Assembly (NCBI GenBank): GCA_040285825.1
Contig: JAUPSS010000005.1
Location: forward strand, 1,798,001-1,862,000
Length of the DNA: 64,000 nucleotides
Direction: 5' to 3'
Source of the DNA: Eukaryota sp. TZLM1-RC
Lineage: Eukaryota > Protista > Metamonada: BaSk clade
Below the pieces are notes generated by a model. It saw only the letters and a list, made by a program, of their open reading frames with translations, made no database searches and was not told the origin of the DNA. Below are positions 24,826 through 37,900 of the stretch, one piece after another (the first letter of the stretch is position 1; each line of letters starts with the position of its first letter). Made by a program: the position numbers and the translations under genes.

Positions 24826-26230
24826 ATGATTGTAACCATTGGACATTCTGTCTCAATTCAATTTAGAAGAAGAGATTTGTTTGAGAAAAAATACACAACA
24901 AAACAACAACAAACTGAAGATGATTACTTGAGTAACCTATCAATGGAAAAAGTAGCATCCTTAAATTCTAGAAAATTATTCGCTGTAGATTCAAATGAAT
25001 ATGATTTGATTCATGCTGTTTCCAAGAAATTAAACCATTGTAAATGTTGCAACCAATTTTCAATCGTAAAAGATGAAGTAGAGCTGGATGACGAAACAAA
25101 CCAAAGAAAAAAGCACAAAAAGGGTATTCATACTATTGACTCATCTTTTACTCAAGGTGAACGAAATGTTTTTTGGTCTTCTCAAACATTAGAAAGATAC
25201 AAAGAAGCGGCAAGATGAATATTTCTTCAACGGAGAAATGGTGTTGGAGTAAGTGTAAGTGTCAAGGAAATTTTCAAAAAAAATTCTGATTCTCAAATGA
25301 AAAAACAATCAAAATCAACCAACTTAGATGAATTTTGTGAGTAAATTAATGCAAAAGAAATATTTGGAATAAAAACTTGGAATTTATTTATCCAAATACA
25401 ATATCGAAAAGAAAAATTCTCCCAACACGAGAAAAAACAAAAAGGTGTTATCAGGTTGATTCGTAAAATTGAACAAAAGTGTGGTGAACCTGGGGATTGT
25501 ATGATAGTCATTGGCGATTGGAGTAAAGAGTCTGGATTAAAAAGGAAAGGAAAGTATCCATCTAAAGGAACAAGTATAAGAAAAGTATTGAGACAAGCCG
25601 GTTACCTTGTATATTTAGTCAATGAGGCATATACTTCAAAAAGATACCATAATTGTGCTAGAAAGGATACAGATGGAGAAAACACGAAAACTTCCTATGA
25701 ATACGATGATCCCAACTTTACGAAAAAACTAAACTCAACTAGACAGGATATTCATGTCACAGGGAAAAACGGAATTTAAAGACAGATTCAAATAATGCAA
25801 AAAAAGTAAAAAAGAAGTAAAAGAAAAATTGGAAGAAGCAATGATAAGGGTAGAAACAGTGGCAAAAATGCGTAAGAGTGAACAAGGAAGTCTAGCAATT
25901 AGAGAATTAGTTGGAGAATTGAAAAATACCACCGACAAGAGAATAACAAAACGTATTTCAAAGCTTTTGGAAAAGGATGAATTAGGCAACTATAAGGTTC
26001 GACAAGTAGTTCCATGGGGTCTAAGGCAATGTAATCAATACAAAACGTTCCGGAATCGAGATAAAAATTCTGCTATAAATAATCATTGGTTGGCTGAAGA
26101 CATTTTGGCTGGAAGAGAGAGAGATCAGAGGTGTTCAAGAGACAACAGTCTCAAACCAATGTTATTGAACCCATTGATGAAAGTCAGAGAAATGTTGATA
26201 AGGATTTTGAAGGTGATGGTACATCAATGA
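24826..26230 (+). pseudogene. Frameshifted Fanzor with enlarged zinc-finger insertion
   Basis: IVTIGHSVSIQF (eroded I.TDG.SVSI.F), LFAVDSNEYDL (RuvC-I), IVIGDWS, RKVLRQAGYLVYLVNEAYTSK (RuvC-II), WGLRQC..RNRDKNSAIN (RuvC-III). Confidence 0.85.
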
Positions 26231-26342
26231 GTCCGAATCAACAAACAAACCTCAATACATTATCACGAGTAGTGAATGCGAAAGTTGAGAAACAATGTAT
26301 AGTTTTGGAAAAGTAACTTAAAACTTTCACCCATTATTATAA

Positions 26343-27377
26343 ATGGACTCGGACCCTGAAACACCACGACACCTTAAGACTTTCCGCTCCTCTTCAATTG
26401 AAGTAGGACGATCAGTAGTTCCTCGAGCTTATCAAGATTCATCACTTTCTTCCCAGATGTTTGGGGTTAAGACTCAACGGGACAATGATCCTTTAATTCC
26501 TGAACCTGTATCAATTGTTCAGGAACTTCATCATCAATGGGAGGAAAGACATTACAAGGATGTTAAAAACAAACCATTAGGACATTCGCGTGTTGTCATT
26601 GATGAACCTCCTGAGTTCACAAAGTCTCCTGACTTTGCTTTTGGAGTTTCCAATGTTATCCACGCTTCTGCCAGTGAAGCAAAAACTATACTCAACTTTG
26701 AAGATGACTCAGATAATGAAGATGTCAAGAACATGTACAAAAAGACCCATAACCATTACGAACCTGGTGAGCAAAAAAAGCGGGACTATAAGTACAATGT
26801 TGATGCAAATTCGTTCAAGTTTGGAGCTCCCTCTGCCAAAGGAATTGACTCTAAATCTGGACGTCAAGTAAAGGAAGTACTTGAACCATTGAAGGAAGCT
26901 TCATGTACAATAACTAAGAAGTTGAAGTCTCATGTTTCGCTTGGTGAATCTAAGTTTCGAAATAGTGCTCCACCACAGGTTCTTGAAAACGAACAACCAT
27001 TTGGCATTACAAACACAATCACTGAATCTGCTAAAGATTGTTTTATTGTCAATGAAGACCCAAATGATCCATCTTTAGGGAGGTCAATTCCCAGAATTTG
27101 TAAGGGAAACGAATCATTTGTTTATGGAGTGATACAGTCTGATGGAGTGGAAAGTGCATATCATTCTATTCAAGATGAAGCAGTTGCTTCTTTGGGACTC
27201 ACTGAAGCTGATTTTTGCAAGGTTTTGCCTATAAGAGTGTTGTCAAGAATTGTGCTTCAATCAAAGGTCGTTACTCAGGAGGAATTTGATGAAATTGTTG
27301 GCAATGATACTGAATTATCTATCAAAGAGTTTAAATTAAGATTAGCAAATCATGTTAATAATAAAATTGTATATTAA
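26343..27377 (+). CDS. EFHB/CFAP21-like axonemal protein, 344 aa
   Basis: Intact ORF with PLGHSR, FAFGV and MYKKTHNHYEPGEQKKRDYKY..FKFG motifs, recalled as typical of EFHB/FAP21. Confidence 0.7.
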   Translation: MDSDPETPRHLKTFRSSSIEVGRSVVPRAYQDSSLSSQMFGVKTQRDNDPLIPEPVSIVQELHHQWEERHYKDVKNKPLGHSRVVIDEPPEFTKSPDFAFGVSNVIHASASEAKTILNFEDDSDNEDVKNMYKKTHNHYEPGEQKKRDYKYNVDANSFKFGAPSAKGIDSKSGRQVKEVLEPLKEASCTITKKLKSHVSLGESKFRNSAPPQVLENEQPFGITNTITESAKDCFIVNEDPNDPSLGRSIPRICKGNESFVYGVIQSDGVESAYHSIQDEAVASLGLTEADFCKVLPIRVLSRIVLQSKVVTQEEFDEIVGNDTELSIKEFKLRLANHVNNKIVY

Positions 27378-27411
27378 GCACTATAAAAGTTTATTAAATA
27401 CAAAGAATATA

Positions 27412-27879
27412 CTATAGCGGTGGGGCACTGGGTTCTGTGGACTGATATACTACAGGCTGTCCATAGACAGGTTGTTGTTGATGTTGTGGAAGTGGAGGGG
27501 GTGGGGGAGCAACAGGCATCTGGGGTTCCTGTTGCTTTCGTTGACAGAGAAATAAAACACCAACAACTAAAACAACCACTGCTAGGAAAACTAAAGGTTC
27601 ATACATCATGGCTTCCATAAATGACACAAAAGCAATAAAAAGAAATACAATAATGAAAACTAGGCAAAATGAAGTAGACCGAACAGGGTGTGAATGACCA
27701 TATGGTCTGTAACGTGGATATCTGTGGTATCTATGACCGAAAGGACGACCCATTCGGTGGGCAAAGATAGGAGCAAAACCAAATGATTGACCAGGAGGAG
27801 CATATGGGCGACATCCTGGATGACAACCACGACGGTGTCCAGGATGTCCTCTATTAAAACCACCACCATAGCCAAACAT
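27412..27879 (-). CDS. Small membrane protein, 155 aa (Gly/His/Arg/Pro-rich N-terminus, two TM helices, Pro/Gln-rich tail)
   Basis: Intact ATG-to-stop ORF with two hydrophobic stretches and a PSAPP terminus. AATAAA lies just downstream on the minus strand (~27389-27394). Confidence 0.7.
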   Translation of the reverse strand: MFGYGGGFNRGHPGHRRGCHPGCRPYAPPGQSFGFAPIFAHRMGRPFGHRYHRYPRYRPYGHSHPVRSTSFCLVFIIVFLFIAFVSFMEAMMYEPLVFLAVVVLVVGVLFLCQRKQQEPQMPVAPPPPPLPQHQQQPVYGQPVVYQSTEPSAPPL

Positions 27880-27957
27880 AGTCAGTTGACAGAGAGAAAT
27901 GAAAATAAAGCAATGTAAGTAAGGTATATCAATAAAATGAAACCTACGAACATGTTC

Positions 27958-28260
27958 TTACTGTAAAGTAACACGGATATCGGTCGTTAAAATGAAGGTT
28001 TCCACACATCCAATCTTGAGAATCAAATCTGAAGAAACAGTTTTTGCAGAAAACGTTAACATTAAATGGGTTACTAGTAAAGACCATGCCAGAACAGTCG
28101 CCAGAACGACAACGAGAGATCGATACTTGGAACTAAAACGTGACAAGCAGCAAGATGCTTTTTGTACAGCAGCTTCGGATGTTGAAGAAGCTACGCCTTC
28201 ATCAGCCAGAGGAATATCGTTTATAGAAGACTCTCCATAGTGGTAATTAATTGTTGACAA
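27958..28260 (-). CDS. Hypothetical single-TM protein or exon
   Basis: 100-aa open frame with protein-like composition and one hydrophobic helix. It lacks an ATG start, so it may be a fragment. Confidence 0.3.
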   Translation of the reverse strand: MSTINYHYGESSINDIPLADEGVASSTSEAAVQKASCCLSRFSSKYRSLVVVLATVLAWSLLVTHLMLTFSAKTVSSDLILKIGCVETFILTTDIRVTLQ

Positions 28261-28379
28261 TTTATGTGTAAATCATGTTACAGCTATTGTCTATAACTAT
28301 CAAATATATCTCCTTTTTAAACAGTTGTTGAGGGACTGAGTTTTTCATAAGTCTTTTTTTTCATAGGTGTGTGCTCTCC

Positions 28380-28970
28380 TTAATATATTATCAATAATAC
28401 CATTTCCTTTGAACCGTCATCAACATTGGATCTCTGTGGGTATACTGGTCTATCTCCTCCTTTTACACGTGCTTTCATCACTGCCAACATATTCAGCGAA
28501 GCATTTCAATCTCTATTCCACAAACTTTCACATGATTTACACATGGTAACCCCATGACGAATATACATCTCATGCCTCTTCTTTGGCCTGAAATTACTGG
28601 ACCATCGAAATGTTTCAATTGTTTTCTCCGCGTTTTTACAATTGAAGCAACAACAACTGGTTGGAAACTCATCAATTAAAAAGACCCTATAACCAGCCTA
28701 TTTAAATAAAATTCTCAAACCCTCTTCTTTTGGTAGGTTCTTTGAATTTCATGTGTTTTCGTCGTTCCCAGTCTCCATATTCAATAACTACTTGACCTGT
28801 ATCACCAATTACTGATTTGAATCTCTAAATCATTTCTGCCTCAGATCTTGTGCGATTAATCTTAGCCCACCATCTCAGTTTTCTATAAATTGTTTGATGA
28901 CAGACTTTATCAACATTATTATTCACACAAAATTCTTGTGTTTAATATAAACCTGCAGCTTTTGGAATTG
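28380..28970 (-). pseudogene. Fanzor C-terminal half, truncated by the rDNA satellite
   Basis: Manual translation: YRKLRWWAKINRTRSEAEMI*RFKSVIGDTGQVVIEYGDWERRKHMKFKEPTK / LRILFK*AGYRVFLIDEFPTSCCCFNC...RHGVTMCKSCESLWNRD*NASLNM...DRPVYPQRS. Confidence 0.9.
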
Positions 28971-31900
28971 AAGAGTATCGTTTTTTATACGATTTACTGA
29001 CGCTCATATGAAGTTCCTAGTTTCGTACATTGACCAATGGTTTTTTTACAATCATTGGTCAAATTTTTGAAGTCCATTTTGGGACAATTAATATAACAAT
29101 TTTGGTGTTAAAGTCAGTGCTATGGTCATTTGAGTAGCCATTGGTATGATTGGTTGAATGGTAAGTGCTATGATTAGGTGAGTTGCATTTAGTCCTTATG
29201 TACTAGATGTGATCAACTTGTGATCAAACTTTGTGTGAAATTGTGTGTGACTAATGTAGGCTATGTGTTACTTGATCAGTACAAACTCATGATTACATTT
29301 TCAATTGATTTTGTATATATTTGAATTAATTGAGTTTATTAATTTTTAAACATTAAATTGTAAAAAAAATAAAAAATCAAAAAGTATACAATTGAATGTT
29401 GTAAACAATAAAACAATTGCTGTAAGTGTAAGAGTATCGTTTTTGATACGATTTACTGAAGCTCATATGAAGTTCCTAGTTTCGTATATTGACCAATGGT
29501 TGTTTATTACAATCGTTGGTCAAATCTTTAAAGTCCATTTTGGGACAAATATTATAACAATTGTGGTGTTAAAGTCCGTGCTATGGTCATTTGATTAGTC
29601 ATTGGTATGATTGGTTGAATGGTCATTGGTATGATTAGATGAGTTGCATGTAGTCCTTATGTACTAGATGTGACCAACTTGTGATCAAACTTTGTGTGAA
29701 ATTGTGTGTGAGTAGTGTTGGCTATGTTTTACTTGATCAGTACAAACTCATGATTACATTTTCAATTGATTTTGTATATATTTGAATTAATTGAGTTATT
29801 AATTTTTAAACATTAAATTGTAAAAATAGTAAAAAATCAAAAAGTATACAATTGAATGTTGCAAACTAATAAAACAATTGCTGTAAGTGTAAGAGTATCG
29901 TTTTTGATACGATTTACTGAGGCTCATATGAAGTTCCTAGTTTCGTATATTGACCAATGGTTGTTTATTACAATCATTGGTCAAATCTTTAAAGTCCATT
30001 TTGGGACAATTAATATAACAATTGTGGTGTTAAAGTCCGTGCTATGGTCATTTGAGTAGTCATTGGTTTGATTAGGTGAGTTGCATGTAGTCCTTATGTA
30101 CTAGATGTGATCAACTTGTGATCAAACTTTGTGTGAAATTGTGTGTGAGTAATGTTGGCTATGTGTTACTTGATCAGTACAAACTCATGATTACATTTTC
30201 AAATGATTTTGTATATATTTGAATTAATTGAGTGTATTAATTTTTAAACATTAAATTGTAAAAAAAGTAAAAAATCAAAAAGTATACAATTGAATGTTGT
30301 AAACTAATAAAACAATTGCTGTAAGTGTAAGAGTATCGTTTTTGATACGATTTACTGAGGCTCATATGAAGTTCCTAGTTTCGTATATTGACCAATGGTT
30401 GTTTATTACAATCATTGGTCAAATCTTTAAAGTCCATTTTGGGACAATTATTATAACAATTGTGGTGTTAAAGTCCGTGCTATGGTCATTTGAGTAGTCA
30501 TTGGTATGATTGGTTGAATGGTCATTGGTATGATTAGGTGAGTTGCATGTAGTCCTTATGTACTAGATGTGATCAACTTGTGATCAAACTTTGTGTGAAA
30601 TTGTGTGTGAGTAATGTTGGCTATGTGTTACTTGATCAGAACAAACTCATGATTACATTTTCAATTGATTTTGTATATATTTGAATTAATTGAGTTATTA
30701 TTTTTTAAACATTAAATTGTAAAAATAGTAAAAAATCAAAAAGTATACAATTGAATGTTGTAAACTAATAAAACCATTGCTGTAAGTGTAAGAGTATCGT
30801 TTTTGATACGATTTACTGAGGCTCATATGAAGTTCCTAGTTTCGTATATTGACCAATGGTTGTGTATTACAATCATTGGTCAAATCTTTAAAGTCCATTT
30901 TGGGACAATTATTATAACAATTGTGGTGTTAAAGTCCGTGCTATGGTCATTTGATTAGTCATTGGTATGATTGGTTGAATGGTCATTGGTATGATTAGAT
31001 GAGTTGCATGTAGTCCTTATGTACTAGATGTGACCAACTTGTGATCAAACTTTGTGTGAAATTGTGTGTGAGTAATGTTGGCTATGTTTTACTTGATCAG
31101 TACAAACTCATGATTACATTTTCAATTGATTTTGTATATATTTGAATTAATTGAGTTATTAATTTTTAAACATTAAATTGTAAAAAATAGTAAAAAAATC
31201 AAAAAAAGTATACAATTGAATGTTGCAAACTAATAAAACAATTGCTGTAAGTGTAAGAGTATCGTTTTTGATACGATTTACTGAAGCTCATATGAAGTTC
31301 CTAGTTTCGTATATTGACCAATGGTTGTTTATTACAATCGTTGGTCAAATCTTTAAAGTCCATTTTGGGACAATTATTATAACAATTGTGGTGTTAAAGT
31401 CCGTGCTATGGTCATTTGATTAGTCATTGGTATGATTGGTTGAATGGTCATTGGTATGATTAGATGAGTTGCATGTAGTCTTTATGTACTAGATGTGACC
31501 AACTTGTGATCAAACTTTGTGTGAAATTGTGTGTTAGTAATGTTGGCTATGTGTTACTTGATCAGTACAAACTCATGATTACATTTTCAATTGATTTTGT
31601 ATATATTTGAATTAATTGAGTTATTAATTTTTAAACATTAAATTGTAAAAAAAGTAAAAAATCAAAAAGTATACAATTGAATGTTGCAAACTAATAAAAC
31701 AATTGCTGTAAGTGTAAGAGTATCGTTTTTGATACGATTTACTGAGGCTCATATGAAGTTCCTAGTTTCGTATATTGACCAATGGTTGTTTATTTCAATC
31801 ATTGGTCAAATCTTTAAAGTCCATTTTGGGACAATTAATATAACAATTGTGGTGTTAAAGTCCGTGCTATGGTCATTTGAGTAGTCATTGGTTTGATTGG

Positions 31901-34900
31901 TTGAATGGTCATTGGTATGATTAGATGAGTTGCATGTAGTCCTTATGTACTAGATGTGATCAACTTGTGATCAAACTTTGTGTGAAATTGTGTGTTAGTA
32001 ATGTTGGCTATGTGTTACTTGATCAGTACAAACTCATGATTACATTTTCAATTGATTTTGTATATATTTGAATTAATTGAGTTTATTAATTTTTAAACAT
32101 TAAATTGTAAAAATAGTAAAAAATCAAAAAGTATACAATTGAATGTTGCAAACTAATAAAACAATTGCTGTAAGTGTAAGAGTATCGTTTTTGATACGAT
32201 TTACTGAGGCTCATATGAAGTTCCTAGTTTCGTATATTGACCAATGGTTGTTTATTACAATCATTGGTCAAATCTTTAAAGTCCATTTTGGGACAATTAA
32301 TATAACAATTGTGGTGTTAAAGTCCGTGCTATGGTCATTTGAGTAGTCATTGGTATGATTGGTTGAATGGTCATTGGTATGATTAGATGAGTTGCATGTA
32401 GTCTTTATGTACTAGATGTGATCAACTTGTGATCAAACTTTGTGTGAAATTGTGTGTGAGTAATGTTGGCTATGTGTTACTTGATCAGTACAAACTCATG
32501 ATTACATTTTCAAATGATTTTGTATATATTTGAATTAATTGAGTGTATTAATTTTTAAACATTAAATTGTAAAAAAAAGTAAAAAATCAAAAAGTATACA
32601 ATTGAATGTTGTAAACTAATAAAACAATTGCTGTAAGTGTAAGAGTATCATTTTTGATACGATTTACTGAGGCTCATATGAAGTTCCTAGTTTCGTATAT
32701 TGACCAATGGTTGTTTATTACAATCATTGGTCAAATCTTTAAAGTCCATTTTGGGACAATTAATATAACAATTGTGGTGTTAAAGTCCGTGCTATGGTCA
32801 TTTGATTAGTCATTGGTATGATTGGTTGAATGGTCATTGGTATGATTAGATGAGTTGCATGTAGTCTTTATGTACTAGATGTGATCAACTTGTGATCAAA
32901 CTTTGTGTGAAATTGTGTGTTAGTAATGTTGGCTATGTGTTACTTGATCAGTACAAACTCATGATTACATTTTCAAATGATTTTGTATATATTTGAATTA
33001 ATTGAGTGTATTAATTTTTAAACATTAAATTGTAAAAAAAGTAAAAAATCAAAAAGTATACAATTGAATGTTGTAAACTAATAAAACAATTGCTGTAAGT
33101 GTAAGAGTATCGTTTTTGATACGATTTACTGAGGCTCATATGAAGTTCCTAGTTTCGTATATTGACCAATGGTTGTTTATTACAATCATTGGTCAAATCT
33201 TTAAAGTCCATTTTGGGACAATTAATATAACAATTGTGGTGTTAAAGTCCGTGCTATGGTCATTTGATTAGTCATTGGTATGATTGGTTGAATGGTCATT
33301 GGTATGATTAGATGAGTTGCATGTAGTCTTTATGTACTAGATGTGATCAACTTGTGATCAAACTTTGTGTGAAATTGTGTGTTAGTAATGTTGGCTATGT
33401 GTTACTTGATCAGTACAAACTCATGATTACATTTTCAAATGATTTTTGTATATATTTGAATTAATTGAGTGTATTAATTTTTAAACATTAAATTGTAAAA
33501 AAAGTAAAAAATCAAAAAGTATACAATTGAATGTTGTAAACTAATAAAACAATTGCTGTAAGTGTAAGAGTATCGTTTTTGATACGATTTACTGAGGCTC
33601 ATATGAAGTTCCTAGTTTCGTATATTGACCAATGGTTGTTTATTACAATCATTGGTCAAATCTTTAAAGTCCATTTTGGGACAATTAATATAACAATTGT
33701 GGTGTTAAAGTCCGTGCTATGGTCATTTGAGTAGTCATTGGTATGATTGGTTGAATGGTCATTGGTATGATTAGATGAGTTGCATGTAGTCTTTATGTAC
33801 TAGATGTGATCAACTTGTGATCAAACTTTGTGTGAAATTGTGTGTTAGTAATGTTGGCTATGTGTTACTTGATCAGTACAAACTCATGATTACATTTTCA
33901 AATGATTTTGTATATATTTGAATTAATTGAGTGTATTAATTTTTAAACATTAAATTGTAAAAAAGTAAAAAATCAAAAAGTATACAATTGAATGTTGTAA
34001 ACTAATAAAACAATTGCTGTAAGTGTAAGAGTATCGTTTTTGATACGATTTACTGAGGCTCATATGAAGTTCCTAGTTTCGTATATTGACCAATGGTTGT
34101 TTATTACAATCATTGGTCAAATCTTTAAAGTCCATTTTGGGACAATTAATATAACAATTGTGGTGTTAAAGTCCGTGCTATGGTCATTTGAGTAGTCATT
34201 GGTATGATTGGTTGAATGGTCATTGGTATGATTAGATGAGTTGCATGTAGTCTTTATGTACTAGATGTGATCAACTTGTGATCAAACTTTGTGTGAAATT
34301 GTGTGTTAGTAATGTTGGCTATGTGTTACTTGATCAGTACAAACTCATGATTACATTTTCAAATGATTTTGTATATATTTGAATTAATTGAGTGTATTAA
34401 TTTTTAAACATTAAATTGTAAAAAAGTAAAAAATCAAAAAGTATACAATTGAATGTTGTAAACTAATAAAACAATTGCTGTAAGTGTAAGAGTATCGTTT
34501 TTGATACGATTTACTGAGGCTCATATGAAGTTCCTAGTTTCGTATATTGACCAATGGTTGTTTATTACAATCATTGGTCAAATCTTTAAAGTCCATTTTG
34601 GGACAATTAATATAACAATTGTGGTGTTAAAGTCCGTGCTATGGTCATTTGATTAGTCATTGGTATGATTGGTTGAATGGTCATTGGTATGATTAGATGA
34701 GTTGCATGTAGTCTTTATGTACTAGATGTGATCAACTTGTGATCAAACTTTGTGTGAAATTGTGTGTTAGTAATGTTGGCTATGTGTTACTTGATCAGTA
34801 CAAACTCATGATTACATTTTCAAATGATTTTGTATATATTTGAATTAATTGAGTGTATTAATTTTTAAACATTAAATTGTAAAAAAAGTAAAAAATCAAA

Positions 34901-37900
34901 AAGTATACAATTGAATGTTGTAAACTAATAAAACAATTGCTGTAAGTGTAAGAGTATCGTTTTTGATACGATTTACTGAGGCTCATATGAAGTTCCTAGT
35001 TTCGTATATTGACCAATGGTTGTTTATTACAATCATTGGTCAAATCTTTAAAGTCCATTTTGGGACAATTAATATAACAATTGTGGTGTTAAAGTCCGTG
35101 CTATGGTCATTTGATTAGTCATTGGTATGATTGGTTGAATGGTCATTGGTATGATTAGATGAGTTGCATGTAGTCTTTATGTACTAGATGTGATCAACTT
35201 GTGATCAAACTTTGTGTGAAATTGTGTGTTAGTAATGTTGGCTATGTGTTACTTGATCAGTACAAACTCATGATTACATTTTCAAATGATTTTGTATATA
35301 TTTGAATTAATTGAGTGTATTAATTTTTAAACATTAAATTGTAAAAAAGTAAAAAATCAAAAAGTATACAATTGAATGTTGTAAACTAATAAAACAATTG
35401 CTGTAAGTGTAAGAGTATCGTTTTTGATACGATTTACTGAGGCTCATATGAAGTTCCTAGTTTCGTATATTGACCAATGGTTGTTTATTACAATCATTGG
35501 TCAAATCTTTAAAGTCCATTTTGGGACAATTAATATAACAATTGTGGTGTTAAAGTCCGTGCTATGGTCATTTGATTAGTCATTGGTATGATTGGTTGAA
35601 TGGTCATTGGTATGATTAGATGAGTTGCATGTAGTCTTTATGTACTAGATGTGATCAACTTGTGATCAAACTTTGTGTGAAATTGTGTGTTAGTAATGTT
35701 GGCTATGTGTTACTTGATCAGTACAAACTCATGATTACATTTTCAAATGATTTTGTATATATTTGAATTAATTGAGTGTATTAATTTTTAAACATTAAAT
35801 TGTAAAAAAAGTAAAAAATCAAAAAGTATACAATTGAATGTTGTAAACTAATAAAACAATTGCTGTAAGTGTAAGAGTATCGTTTTTGATACGATTTACT
35901 GAGGCTCATATGAAGTTCCTAGTTTCGTATATTGACCAATGGTTGTTTATTACAATCATTGGTCAAATCTTTAAAGTCCATTTTGGGACAATTAATATAA
36001 CAATTGTGGTGTTAAAGTCCGTGCTATGGTCATTTGATTAGTCATTGGTATGATTGGTTGAATGGTCATTGGTATGATTAGATGAGTTGCATGTAGTCTT
36101 TATGTACTAGATGTGATCAACTTGTGATCAAACTTTGTGTGAAATTGTGTGTTAGTAATGTTGGCTATGTGTTACTTGATCAGTACAAACTCATGATTAC
36201 ATTTTCAAATGATTTTGTATATATTTGAATTAATTGAGTGTATTAATTTTTAAACATTAAATTGTAAAAAAAGTAAAAAATCAAAAAGTATACAATTGAA
36301 TGTTGTAAACTAATAAAACAATTGCTGTAAGTGTAAGAGTATCGTTTTTGATACGATTTACTGAGGCTCATATGAAGTTCCTAGTTTCGTATATTGACCA
36401 ATGGTTGTTTATTACAATCATTGGTCAAATCTTTAAAGTCCATTTTGGGACAATTAATATAACAATTGTGGTGTTAAAGTCCGTGCTATGGTCATTTGAT
36501 TAGTCATTGGTATGATTGGTTGAATGGTCATTGGTATGATTAGATGAGTTGCATGTAGTCTTTATGTACTAGATGTGATCAACTTGTGATCAAACTTTGT
36601 GTGAAATTGTGTGTTAGTAATGTTGGCTATGTGTTACTTGATCAGTACAAACTCATGATTACATTTTCAAATGATTTTGTATATATTTGAATTAATTGAG
36701 TGTATTAATTTTTAAACATTAAATTGTAAAAAAAGTAAAAAATCAAAAAGTATACAATTGAATGTTGTAAACTAATAAAACAATTGCTGTAAGTGTAAGA
36801 GTATCGTTTTTGATACGATTTACTGAGGCTCATATGAAGTTCCTAGTTTCGTATATTGACCAATGGTTGTTTATTACAATCATTGGTCAAATCTTTAAAG
36901 TCCATTTTGGGACAATTAATATAACAATTGTGGTGTTAAAGTCCGTGCTATGGTCATTTGATTAGTCATTGGTATGATTGGTTGAATGGTCATTGGTATG
37001 ATTAGATGAGTTGCATGTAGTCTTTATGTACTAGATGTGATCAACTTGTGATCAAACTTTGTGTGAAATTGTGTGTTAGTAATGTTGGCTATGTGTTACT
37101 TGATCAGTACAAACTCATGATTACATTTTCAAATGATTTTGTATATATTTGAATTAATTGAGTGTATTAATTTTTAAACATTAAATTGTAAAAAAAGTAA
37201 AAAATCAAAAAGTATACAATTGAATGTTGTAAACTAATAAAACAATTGCTGTAAGTGTAAGAGTATCGTTTTTGATACGATTTACTGAGGCTCATATGAA
37301 GTTCCTAGTTTCGTATATTGACCAATGGTTGTTTATTACAATCATTGGTCAAATCTTTAAAGTCCATTTTGGGACAATTAATATAACAATTGTGGTGTTA
37401 AAGTCCGTGCTATGGTCATTTGATTAGTCATTGGTATGATTGGTTGAATGGTCATTGGTATGATTAGATGAGTTGCATGTAGTCTTTATGTACTAGATGT
37501 GATCAACTTGTGATCAAACTTTGTGTGAAATTGTGTGTTAGTAATGTTGGCTATGTGTTACTTGATCAGTACAAACTCATGATTACATTTTCAAATGATT
37601 TTGTATATATTTGAATTAATTGAGTGTATTAATTTTTAAACATTAAATTGTAAAAAAAGTAAAAAATCAAAAAGTATACAATTGAATGTTGTAAACTAAT
37701 AAAACAATTGCTGTAAGTGTAAGAGTATCGTTTTTGATACGATTTACTGAGGCTCATATGAAGTTCCTAGTTTCGTATATTGACCAATGGTTGTTTATTA
37801 CAATCATTGGTCAAATCTTTAAAGTCCATTTTGGGACAATTAATATAACAATTGTGGTGTTAAAGTCCGTGCTATGGTCATTTGATTAGTCATTGGTATG

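Noticed and set aside
12103-28970. Alternative genetic code explaining the in-frame stops
   Set aside because: All three stop types and frameshifts occur in the decayed elements, while intact genes read normally with the standard code.
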